Shown here: piece by piece, positions 44,909 to 56,090 of the stretch
Layout: every line of letters starts with the position of its first letter
How positions within the stretch are numbered: the first letter of the stretch is position 1
Assembly: GCA_964035575.1 (NCBI GenBank)
Contig: OZ037842.1
Coordinates: forward strand, 62,001 to 126,000
Direction of reading: 5' to 3'
DNA: 64,000 nucleotides
From: Rhynchopus sp. YZ270_cl-10
Taxonomy: Eukaryota
Program-made: the position numbers and the translations under genes
Notes under the pieces: model-generated
Told to the model about the DNA's origin: nothing
The model's database searches: none
The model's input: the letters and a program-made list of their open reading frames with translations, nothing else

Positions 44909-46475
44909 TTCCGAAGACCTGTTCGTTTTAAGACAAGGGTGGGGGACTCAGGGGTTTCCATTAGGACCAATCGTGGGAAGAGCAAAAAATGCTCGAGCCT
45001 CGTTGCTCTTGCCAGCAAATATATATTTCGATTTCTCACATATAGTACCGAGTCTCAAATCCTGTGGTAATGTGGATCCCAAACCCCTGATGTACCAGTC
45101 GATGTGGTGAAGTAAAAAAGGAGAAAAAGGGGGAGGTTCTTTTAGTTCTTTCGGTATGCTCTGCACTGCTCCACATATCCAGAAAAACGCTCTCAAGAAA
45201 GTTCCTCCACTGAAGCTTAGCACACAAGTAGTGACCACAGTGCAACCCTATATGCTTTACTGTGTTAAGTGAAAAACGCAGGCAGAAGTTCTTTTAGCCC
45301 TTTGCATTGCACTGTGTGGGGCTGTGTGTTTTAAAAGCAGGTAGGGCACGATGCAGTGTGCGTGTTTGGGTAAGGGATCCCAAAAGGGGCAGACGGGCCA
45401 GGAAAAAGATAGGAATGTGAAAAAAGAATCCCACAGCGAGGCAGAGAGAGTTGATGCGCAGCTCTGATAATTGGCAAAAAAGGGGGGATCTATGGTGCTT
45501 CCCGGGGGATATGCATTTCACAAATTTTCTATTTGTTTCCGTTCGGAAGGGCAGCAAATGTTAAAGATAATATTTTCAATCGAAAGATGGAGTTTCTGTC
45601 CACCAGCGTCGTCTCCTCTTTGAAAAATATTTTGTTTTGCAAAAAGTAGGGTGCAAAAAAAATGAAGAAAGCAGCAAAAATATCAAGAACACTGTTCTTT
45701 GTTTCTCCAAAAAAAAAAAAAAGAAAGAAAGCAACTAAAAAGAAAAAAGGCAACTGGAGAGTATGCCAAAAAAAAAAAGAGGTTTATGGGGAGACCGATG
45801 ACCACGCTCACTGCATGAGATTCTGTTCTTACAACCCTGCACCAACAAAGTAGGTGTACGAGGCTTGTCTCTGCACCTTTGAGCATGCTTTTTGACACTG
45901 GAAAGATTGGCACCGCGCACACAGGGGTCAACAGTAAAGAACAGAAGTTGTTGAGTGCTGCGTGGGAGCCAACCGGACACCCTTCTACTTTATCGAATAA
46001 TTTGACTTGAAATACAAAAAAAACAAAAGCCCTCCCGTGACAGTGTACCTTGGTACATGACCGGAATGCACCAAAAAAGAAAAGTTTATGCAACGATATT
46101 CCTCTTGCACACTCAAAAGAAGTTGACTTGAAATACAACAACCCTCTCGTGACAGTGTACCCAAAGAAGCAAAGAATGTCACGAACCTCCAAAAAAACCC
46201 TTGACAAATAAGGGTACAAGATGGCCACGGGCACATTTTACTTTTTGAAAATGTGACGTTGGGTACAAAACGCATCTTTACAGGTGTGTACACCTAAAAG
46301 GGCATTTTGTTGAGATGGAACAGAACACGAAGATGTTGAAAAATACAAAAAAAAATACAATACAGGGAGGTATGCTATATGATGAGGTGGCAAGGCGCTG
46401 CCCGACGAGAAGAAAACGCTGGTTTTATCCAAAAAAAAAACATGTTACACAGGGTTTCCGTAAAATAACTATGTA

Positions 46476-46797
46476 TTGGGGTGATATAAAGTAGCACTTT
46501 AATCGACCGTGCGTTGGTTTTCCTGAGCATGATTTAACTGGCGAGGAACTAAGCGAGGCCAGTTATAGTTAGAGGGTTTTCTTGCCCCGAGCGCGAGGGC
46601 AGTATTAGCATGCGAGGAAAAGCACACAGTCAAGCGAAAGGCTAATTTTATTAGAGTGGAGTAAGTAGTCATGCAGTGAACCTTTAGTCATCAATTTAGA
46701 GTTTAGTCGAATAAAGTGTTTTTTTTTTTTTTTTTTTTTACGTCACAGCGTGAAATAAAGAGGAGCTACATTTTTTTTACACCCCACTATCACCCCA
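46476..46797. repeat. Probable decayed non-autonomous element with nested short inverted repeats
   Basis: IR pairs ggggtgata/tatcacccc and cactttaatcgac/gtcgaataaagtg; internal hairpin aactgg...ccagtt. Confidence 0.4.
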
Positions 46798-47191
46798 CTC
46801 TAAATTGCATGGCTTATGTTACCCGCTCCAATCCACTCCAATAATATATGATACCGGGAGTACTTCTTTACAAAGTAAAAATTTGAGTAAAAAAAACACT
46901 TCTGACACGCCATTTTCCGTAATTGTAGGATTGTTGGTCGCCATCCAAAAGCTCTTTAACCACATTTTTACAACACCCCCCTCTGACCCAAAAAGCGTAA
47001 AAAAGCATTCGAAAAAAAAAACAAGCATTTTTTGGGTTCAATAAACGCTAGGCTTTTTTTTTCTCTTCGGATATTTGCTTATTTCTTTCAGCCTCATCTA
47101 TTTTCACTTTTCAGTTCTTTAAATTGATATAATCTTTAGTCACGTTTACAACCCCCCTGCCCTCCTCTCCACTTATTCACCGCTCACCTTT

Positions 47192-48292
47192 CTATATCAC
47201 CTGCGTCATCATCACGGGGTTTGTTCGAGGTGCACCACTACCACCACGGTTCAAGGGGCGGAAGGGAGACGCTGTGTTTTGCTCGGTCATCTGCACGTTG
47301 TCGTACCTGGGTGTTGGCTTGTCTGCGTAGAAGTTGTGTCCTGACTCAAGCTCTTGCGCAAAGATGTCATCCCCTTTGAGAGCCTCTGCAAACATCTCAT
47401 AGCCCTGTGCGTCTCTTCTCTTGATCATGAAGAAGACAGCACCAACCACAAGCAACACAAACACCACAGCACCAACAACAATGCCCGCCAAGGCACCTCC
47501 AGACAGCCCGTCATCATCCTCCTCGTCTGCCGCGCCTGCAGCCTCCACAGTACACTGCTCCACAGAAAAGTCGTTCCGCAAAAGCACGGCCTCGCTATGC
47601 CCTGTCCACGTGTCCAGCGCAGTGCCCTCTCCTGTCGCGTATGCAACGTCCCAAGACCCAGAGCCCAGCGAATATGAGTTGTCTGCAACGTCAAATGGTC
47701 GGATGTACTCGAAGGTGCGTTTCCCGTTCTCAGTTTTCAAGGTGAGAAGGAACATCTGCTGGGTGGGGGCTGCAGAGGGCATGGTGTTTCCTGTTGCAAT
47801 GGATGTCTGGTAGGCAGTCGTGGTGGTCGTGTCGGAGGCGACAATCTCGAGGCCGGTCATCATGCCTTCAGGGACGACGCCGGCGGGGCGGAGACCGACT
47901 GCAGCCCAGCGTGGCGTGGTGGCGTCCATTTCTATGCGGATCATGAGGGCTGCCTCACCACTCGCAGTCAGATCACTGCTTGGGGAGTAGCGTCCCACCT
48001 GGTAGGACACTGCGATGTACGTCGTGTTGAACAGGGTTGCAGTGGTCGTGGTGTCGCACGGCGCAAAGAAGCGGTTCGAAGAAAGCCCAGCAGGAGGAAG
48101 TGGCTGCGGGGTGGTGGGTGCAGATGTGGCTGGTACAGTGGTCGCAGGTGCTTCAGTCTCATTAGCCGCAGCAAGCACACTCCCGTCCTCACGGTAACTG
48201 TCATAGTTGTGTACATGCGCGTCACGTTCTTGTGCTGTGCACGCAGCACAGAGTGCGCACAGCAGAACCGCCAACATGAATCCTGACGCCAT
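47192..48292 (-). CDS. Single DOMON-like domain type I membrane protein (366 aa), paralog of 38112-39146
   Basis: Signal peptide, short PT linker, DOMON-like core almost identical to the paralog, TM, tail. Confidence 0.92.
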   Translation of the reverse strand: MASGFMLAVLLCALCAACTAQERDAHVHNYDSYREDGSVLAAANETEAPATTVPATSAPTTPQPLPPAGLSSNRFFAPCDTTTTATLFNTTYIAVSYQVGRYSPSSDLTASGEAALMIRIEMDATTPRWAAVGLRPAGVVPEGMMTGLEIVASDTTTTTAYQTSIATGNTMPSAAPTQQMFLLTLKTENGKRTFEYIRPFDVADNSYSLGSGSWDVAYATGEGTALDTWTGHSEAVLLRNDFSVEQCTVEAAGAADEEDDDGLSGGALAGIVVGAVVFVLLVVGAVFFMIKRRDAQGYEMFAEALKGDDIFAQELESGHNFYADKPTPRYDNVQMTEQNTASPFRPLNRGGSGAPRTNPVMMTQVI

Positions 48293-49906
48293 GTGGGTGT
48301 TTGGTTGAGAAAGGAATGTGTGGGGGGGAACGGGCCTGGATGGTGGTGATATGAGTAGTGTGAATAAGTTTCATGTCAAATATCATCGATCAAACCCTAT
48401 TTCTTCAGAAGATGAGTTAGGTGCTCATATGGTCCGGTTCGTGTTGGGCGAAACCCGACCGCAGAAGCAGAGAGAATGGTGCTCCCTCTGCACGCCACAG
48501 GGACAACGAGGCTCTACAAAGGGTGGCGGTGGTTGGGAGCGAGGTTTTCAGTTGCGTAAACAGGCAAGAGGCTAATGCTTTTCTGAAGCTGGCATCACAG
48601 ACGACGTATCACCACATCGGAGGAACGCGGAACATGGACGAAGAAACATGACCCAACATCGACCCCACTAACCACATCGATTATTGAAAGTGACCACCTT
48701 GCCATGCAAGAAATTAGCCCATTCTTCAACCAAGAAAGCACACTGGATAGGTACGAACCAACTGCCGTCATCAACTACCAAGGACCGCCTCTGGCAGCTG
48801 GGCACTACAAAGTCGATAGACGGAAGGGGAATCTTGGTTTAACATTGATGCAGAAAAAACAACCAGGATGAAGACAGAGAGAGAGAGAGAGAGAGAGATG
48901 TAGAGGGATACAAGAAGAGGGCCGCCCATCGTTGTCTTTGTGTTTAAAAGCAAACAATACGAACCCAAAAGGGGAAAGGGTTCGGAAGTGGTAATACAAA
49001 GTGGCAGCTGTTGATGCAGGCACCTCCGACTGACTTACATACGGTGTCAGCCATCCGGATGAAAGCACAACTCACAACTCTGAAAATATACAACAAAAAA
49101 TGGAGGCACAATGTCAAGCTGTGCCGTCTATATAAAAAGAAATCAAAATAAAGAGAGAAACGCTGCGGGGAAATGTGGGCACCTTTGCAGGCACGACCAG
49201 AGGAGGGGGTGTGTCAAAAGCGTCACAGAGCGTGGGGGAAAAAAAGAAGCGTTAGAAGCTGAACACTACGACTCTCGTGTTTGGTTACCTTGAAAAAAGG
49301 GGGAAGTAGGTAAGATGAACCTAAGCAGAGTCATGGGGAAGGGGCAGGGGCAGAGGGGTTCATAGGTGGAAAAATAAATACAGCACTCCAAATAAGTTTT
49401 GCTATTTTGGCGACGTTATTGGTCGCCAAAAATATTTGGATTACTGCAAAATGAACAAAACCTCAGATGACTATTACGCCTATTGAGTGTTTGCATCTGG
49501 GAAAACTAATTTCATATTCATTCCGTTCAAAGAAGAGAAAGCAGGGGAGGGGAAATCATCAACTGTGAAGAGAAAATCGAGAGAGAAAGAAGGAACAAGA
49601 AAGTTGGTGGGTAATGACGCTAAGCCTCGCGTTGCCAAGAATCACCAGATTACTTCATTGCGCTTTCAAAAAACGCGAGAAACCACCAAAGAGAAAGCTG
49701 GAGGAATGCACCGCACTGCTGTGCTGCTGTGCTGTGCATCCTCAGATAAAGAAATATGAATGCAAATTCGATCTGCCGAAGTAGCCGCATGTAAGAAAGA
49801 AATGAAGATATCCGAAAGATGGCTTTCGAGTAAAAACGACTGCAGACAAGATCCGGTAAAAAAAAAACAAAAGAAAATATTTAGACATGAAAGTGAAGTT
49901 ATTAAT

Positions 49907-49989
49907 GCGGGCACCTCCGACTGACCCACTTATGATGCCAGCCATCCGGATGAAAGCACAAGTACCCTGCGGCCAACAACAGAAGATGT
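49907..49989. repeat. Dispersed ~85-bp hairpin-forming repeat (5 copies in window)
   Basis: gcRggcacctccgactgacccac...gatgccagcc...ggatgaaagcacaagtaccctgcggccaacaacagaa. Other copies at about 21719-21797, 26466-26546, 35542-35584 (split) and 49016-49070. Confidence 0.85.
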
Positions 49990-51272
49990 AAAAAGGAAAC
50001 CTAATGACTGGCCCGTACCGTAAGAGAACGAGGGCGGTTCACAACCGCTCGACAGCCGGCGGCCCACCTTCCGTTGAAGAGTTGTGAGCTTACAGGTACT
50101 GCAGTTCGCTGCACCCAACGCTTGATGCACGATAGTCTACACAAGAGAGCAGAAACCCAAAAACACAAAAAGGGGTGGGCGGGGGGGTCACAACATCTCT
50201 CTCTTGGCGCCCCATGCTGTACCGACAGTTGGGCCTCACCCTTTCTCTTAGGGATATACATGGACGTCCTTACAGGCAGCACACCGTAACCCAAAGGCGT
50301 GGCAGAGAGACTCCGTAGAGCGACTCTGGCCTGACCGCTGGTCATTTATGCTCCGGGTGCGAGCACCCATCATAGCATAGGGGGGCCAGCCTGACCCAGC
50401 ATTTATATACCCTGCCAGGGTGAACTTGCATAAAAGAGGGCAGGGGCGTTTAGACCCTGAGGACTAGGGGAAGTCCCGCATACCCCAACAGAAAGACAAA
50501 GGCTATGCACTGGTGATATAGGAGAGGCAGGGTTGCTGAAAAACAAAAAGACCCTGAAGGCACAAAAACGCCCCGCATACCCCTCCTCGCCTCCTGTTTT
50601 GTAATCTCTCAGGTAGGAGACATCGGTTCGAGCGGTCAACACCTTCATAGAGTTTCTGGAGGAACGGACCCCCGGGTGCAATTTAAGGTCCAGCCCAGGA
50701 CCATGAAATGTGCTTCGGTGACACGCACGTCTACTGTAGAATAAGAAAGCAAAGCTTGGTAGTGAAAGAAACTAAAAGGCGAATCTCTTCCCCGCGGAGC
50801 TCAAAGACAGTCTTTAATAGATGGAAGACACCACGAAAAACAGAAAGAAAAGAAACAGAAAACAGCAAACATCCTATATGTCATGACGTTATTAACACGT
50901 TACTTGAAACCTTAACACGTTATTAGGGGAACGCCATAACACATATTGTTTGAGCAAAATCGGGAAACCTGGGTAATTAAAATACGCTCGTGCCGTGAGC
51001 ACTTTACTAGGGAAGGAACAGGATCAGGGAGGGGGGGGTTGGGTTGGGTGGGAACCCGGCTGGTGGGTATGCCGGATCCCGTAATCTGTGGGTGGGGGGA
51101 AGGTGGCTTCGCAATAAAGTTAAAATAAAAGCAAAGTGAAAATGAACGCACTTCGAATGCCATACTGGACAGGATGCCATACAAACAAAAACAATGTCAT
51201 ATAAGATGCTATGAAGCCTCTCGTGCTAAGCTATGTGCATAAAAACACCACACAGACACTATAAACGACATA

Positions 51273-51385
51273 CCGTAATCGTAAAAATTGTGTACCGTAA
51301 AAATGTTCCAGCTTGCCAAAAACCCCAAAAAGTTCCAGAATTTTTACGGTACAAGTATTATACGGTCCAAATTTTACGATGACGG
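51273..51385. mobile_element. Small MITE with TA-CCGT...ACGG-TA ends (Tc1/mariner-pogo-like)
   Basis: taccgtaatcgtaaaa / ttttacgatgacggta, plus inner IR tgtaccgtaaaaat / atttttacggtaca. Confidence 0.65.
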
Positions 51386-51672
51386 TAGACTATAAAAAAC
51401 TATACGACAAAAAAGATTGGGTCTTTTGTTGCACTATGTACAATAAGATTACACGAAACCCACAACTAAATTACACAAAAAAACAAAAAAGGAACACGTG
51501 AACAATGAATGTGCATCTCTTCTCCATCTCTCATGCACACATCTAGAAACACCTTGAAAGCACGAACATGCAGATGCAATAAACTAAAGGGTGGGGGTGT
51601 AAAATGGATACTTATTTGAAGCGATAAAACGTTAAAACAACGGCTTGTCACAAAAAAACCACCTTTGTCAAT

Positions 51673-52449
51673 TCAGTCCTCCTTCGTCTTCGACGCGCTG
51701 AAGATCCCACCGCCGGGGCTGACGTAGAACACTGAGGAGGCACCTGGCCCGCCACAGAGTTGTTGGCTATTATAGCAGCGAAAGAAACAGTCTTCATCGG
51801 GGAGTCTGCGCAGGGCGAGCGAGTCGCCACAGTAGCATCGACTGCCTTGGTAGATCCCTGCGTACGTATAGCGCGAACAGGAGGCCCCGCATATGGAGTT
51901 CTCGTTGCCAACACCATTCGAAACTAGGTGTTCGAAGTGTTCAAGCACGCCTTCATAGCACCCCGGCACATCCGGGGCATGCGGCGTCGGTGTTGGTGTA
52001 GGGATGCACGCTGTGCCTGCCGTCCACTTCTTCGGGTGGCTCGAAGACCCGACTGAGAGCGTCTCGTCGTCGTGCACGGTAAGGAAGTTGGACACGTCAT
52101 CCATGTTCGGGTACGTCCCTGAGTCCCACTTCGCCACACCACCCTTCTCGTAGACAACGAAGTTGCCGTCCGTCTGCATCACCGCCGCGTCCACGTCTGC
52201 GCTGTTGTGTGCCACAGTGTCAGAGGCCCAGATCACGTTAACAACACCGTTCGGGTTACGTGCATAGTACACAAGGTTCCCGTCTGTCTGGAACGTCAGC
52301 CACAACAGTTGGCCAGTGCACGAGCTTGTCGTCGTGATTGTCGTGCCAGGGCTCATCCGTTCGTCAGGGTTCAAGTATTTATCCCCAACAGCGTCAGCCA
52401 CATCAACACTCACAAGGAGCAACGGAGCTAACAGCTGAAACGCACGCAT
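51673..52449 (-). CDS. Secreted bulb-type (GNA-like) mannose-binding lectin plus WSC carbohydrate-binding domain
   Basis: Signal peptide; two QxDxNxVxY sites (QTDGNLVYY, QTDGNFVVY); PT linker; WSC pattern GCY...C...C...YAG...CYCG...C...C...CGG. Confidence 0.92.
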   Translation of the reverse strand: MRAFQLLAPLLLVSVDVADAVGDKYLNPDERMSPGTTITTTSSCTGQLLWLTFQTDGNLVYYARNPNGVVNVIWASDTVAHNSADVDAAVMQTDGNFVVYEKGGVAKWDSGTYPNMDDVSNFLTVHDDETLSVGSSSHPKKWTAGTACIPTPTPTPHAPDVPGCYEGVLEHFEHLVSNGVGNENSICGASCSRYTYAGIYQGSRCYCGDSLALRRLPDEDCFFRCYNSQQLCGGPGASSVFYVSPGGGIFSASKTKED

Positions 52450-52783
52450 TTCAGTTGGTGTTGTTTTCCTTTTTGTCTCTCAAGTTGAAAACCCTCCTGG
52501 TGGTGACTATTACGCCTCTTGTGTATACACACCTCTGAAAAGATGACTTTGGAAATACAAAGCCCTCTCGTGAAAAGTGTGCCTTGGTACGTGACCAGTA
52601 CACCGTGGGTGGATCCGAACCATGACGATTTGGATACCTGTTGAGTGTTTGCATCTGGGGAGGCTACGTCAAATCTCAGTTAATACCAGTTAATACCAGT
52701 AAATATCAGTTTTTTTTCCAAGCTTGGAAAAGTAGATGTCGAGAAAAAAATTTTCAAAAAAAAAAAAAAAATTTTTTTTTTTT

Positions 52784-55018
52784 GAGAAAAGTTCGATTTC
52801 GGCCTCGAAAATTACCGTGACACCGATTTGTCACGGAATTTTGTCACGGAATTTTTTTGAAAGATTCGATTTCGTGACAAAAAAAAATCGATTTCGTGAC
52901 AAACCAATTTTTTCATTGACACACAAAATTCGATTTCGTGACAAACCGATTTTTTCATTGACAAAAAAAAATTCGATTTCGTGACAAATCCAAAAATTCA
53001 GTGACAAAAAAATGTCAATGAAAAAATGGATTTTGTCAAGGAAACCGAACTTTTTGTCACGGAAAAAGTCGTGACAGAAATGGATTTTGTCAAGGAAACC
53101 AAACTTTTTGTCACGGAAAAAGTCGTGACAGGGCACTGGGTACTGGGTACACTGGATACAAGGATAAAAGTCGTGAAAGAGCAACCACAGCTCCACATGA
53201 CAAACACAAAAGTGTCCAGTCACGTGGGGCATTCATGCACTGAGGAGATAATGATCCAACAATTTACAAGAAAGATTACTTAACCTACTGCTGGAAATTG
53301 CCAGGTCGTAGTAACACACAAAGTGTGCCTCCGTTCGGGAAGACCGGATATTCTAGAGACCAAAAAGGCCTCAAGAATATCTTCCGGTAGTCAAGGTATA
53401 ACCGAATGAACGGCCCAAGACCCCCGTGGAGAAGTTAAATGTGTAATGCTATCAGGTAGAAACTGCGAACACTGTCTTACCCTCCTCAATGCATGGTGGA
53501 AGATGTCTTTGACAACAAATATCCTGTACCCAGGTACCAGGTTCCCAGACCCACGTAGTACCACGTCGCAGTACTACGCAAAATTTACCACCAGACCCTG
53601 TCTTCGTGCACCTTAAGTACAACGCCGCAGACAGGCCAAACATGCGTTGGACTCAGAGGAATGCCTGCTGTGCAGTGTATCAAACATGAGAACCAACTCC
53701 CAGCAACAAGGGGCGCCTTTTGGCGGGCGTTGTTGAGGGTGTTTGGGGTGCAAAGTTTTCCACAATTTTGATGCGCGGGTACAGAAGTGTTATCTTGTTC
53801 TTTCATCTCTAGGAATGTAAATGTCAATCGCGTTTAACTACCACTAGGGCTTGTTCAGTGAACCCACGAGGGGTCGAAGGGGGTTGGTTATCCCATATCT
53901 ATCAAAGGTTGTGTCGACCAGGCGAATCCACTATGTTACGCTGTATGATGATAAATCCGAAGAAATAACAGTGCATAGCAACTGCAGGAAGTTTGTTAAA
54001 AAGAGTGCCTCACGCTACACAAACCACCACCCGCGATTGACTTAGATGTTATAACAAAGAGAATTCAGAACAAAACAACACCCTGCCCCATACACACTAA
54101 ATTGTCATGCTTCAAGAGCATGCCTGGGCCAAAATTACTATGACGAAAAGGCAACAAGACCACCCACAAGGAGTGTGAATTGTGCACTGGTTTTCTGGGG
54201 GAACAAACAATATTTTCTTGTGTCTAGTCCTCCGGAAGCAGAGGACAGACTTTCCGGAAGGTTTCCAAAGTCGAATTTCTTGCACTAGCTATGCTCCCTG
54301 GTTAATGGCTATAGCAGTGACTGACAAAGTGTTCCCACCCCCCTTTCCACCACCATAATAACCGAACTCTGCTTATCAAACCACAATCTGAATCTGCTTC
54401 CGTCGCATGCGCTGGTGGATTCGATCTGTTTTGGTGTGTGTAATGGAATGTATGGGTGAGGGTTGGGGTATTAGGTATAGAAACGTGCGCACCCATTAAT
54501 TTTTTACCGAATGAAAATGAAATCTGCAATGAGTGTCTGCTGCATATCATTTAGTGGGGCTGGCCTCTGGCCAGAGGCGTGCAAGCCTGACCGTGTTCGC
54601 GATATACTAAGTCTTGCATAATCATAAAGTTATCATACCTTGTGTCTTCAGTCTCTGCCCTTCGGTTTCTAGACAGCTCAAGAATGGCCTCTTTTGTGTT
54701 TGTCAAGTGGCTGTCTGGTCACTTTTCAGTGACTGGCGGGTTGGCTGTCACGACTTTTTCCTTGACAAATTCCATTTTTTTCAATGACATTTTTTTGTCA
54801 ATGAAAAAATGGATTTGTCACGAAATCGAATTTTTTTTTGTCAATGAAAAAAGTCATTTGTCACTAAATTGAATTTTGTGTGTCAATGAAAAAATCGGCT
54901 TGTCACGAAATCGATTTTTTTTTGTCACGAAATCGAATCTTTCAAAAAAATTCCGTGACAAAGTACCGTGACAAATCGGTGTCACGGGTATTTTCGAGGC
55001 CGAAATCGAACTTTTCTC
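52784..55018. mobile_element. Mutator(MULE)-like non-autonomous element with ~280-bp TIRs
   Basis: GAG...CTC termini (gagaaaagttcgatttcggcctcgaaaat / attttcgaggccgaaatcgaacttttctc). TIRs are built from GTGACA-containing subrepeats. T-runs on both sides are compatible with a 9-bp TSD. No intact transposase ORF. Confidence 0.8.
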
Positions 55019-55354
55019 TTTTTTTTTCGACAACTACTTCAGGCTCTCCGCTAGGATTTCCGATTTTGAAAATATTCTGTTGATGGTCCACGTTGGTGGG
55101 GTACATGCTTGCGCCGCAGGCGCACGGTACGCAACTTTTTTTTTTACCAACGCCCGATTTTGACTTTTTTGGGACGTTTGAGCACTCACCTCTCCATATC
55201 TTCTTCTCCTGAGCTTTTTTGACAGGTAGAACGGGTCTGAACCACTTAGCAGAACTTTTTTTTTTTTTTCTTTTTTTCCCCATTTTCAAAAAGTTCTGTT
55301 GACAATCAACAGAACTTTAGTACCTAGCGGAGTGCCTGAACTACTTTTTCAAGC

Positions 55355-55569
55355 CAACTACTTTTTCAAGCCTGGAAAAAAAAATTTTTTTTTTGGGCCT
55401 GACCTTGGGACCTTGTGCACCGAAAAATGCAAAAAACGGCAAAATTTTGATGTTTTGAGCATCTGTGAGTGAATCATATGCACTGCTACAGTGGCCTATT
55501 ATTGGGTGTTTTCCTTAGCAAATTCCTTCACAAAACTCATTTTTGATTTTGGCAAAGGCAAATTTCAGG
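55355..55569 (+). repeat. ~215-bp direct repeat of the host repeat family; second copy at about 63114-63328
   Basis: caactactttttcaagcctgg...ggcaaatttcagg is nearly identical in both places. Confidence 0.9.
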
Positions 55570-56024
55570 CCAAAAAAAAGTCACCCCTGGTAGTAGGTCC
55601 TTGGGTGTCCAAACATGCCAAAAACACAAAAAAATTGATGTTTTGGCCTTCTGTGGGCACCTAAAACGCACTTCTCTGCCCAAAAAACGAATCATTCACA
55701 TTTCAGAGGTCCTGCATGAAAATGCCCATTTGAGCCCAAATTTTCGGTTTTTTTTCAACATTTCTTCAACACAGGCCCCGCCAGGTGGTCCGAGGGTCCA
55801 AAAAAAAAAAATTTTTTTTTTCGACCAAAAATTTTTTTTCGACATCTACTTTTTCAAGCCTGGAAAAAGAACTGGTATTTTCCTACATTGGTTTTTACTC
55901 TATGACGTACCCCTACCGGTATTTTCCCAGGCTTGGAAAAGTAGATCATACAATGCAACGAGGCCGGGTACGCCTGAAAATACTCAGGTCTGGAAAATAT
56001 ATCTGAGGCGTGCCTGAGGCGTCA

Positions 56025-56090
56025 CTGAGGCGTGCCTGAGGCGTACTCGGGATTAGTTACGTTTAAGTACGCCTCAGGCACGCCTGAGTA
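56025..56090. repeat. Palindromic ~65-bp unit; inverted second copy at about 56928-56995
   Basis: aggcgtgcctgaggcgtact...agtacgcctcaggcacgcct arms. Confidence 0.8.

Noticed and set aside
50660..50700. DLKLHPG on the minus strand as a second 2A-like motif
   Set aside because: It lacks NPGP and is not followed by an endonuclease ORF.
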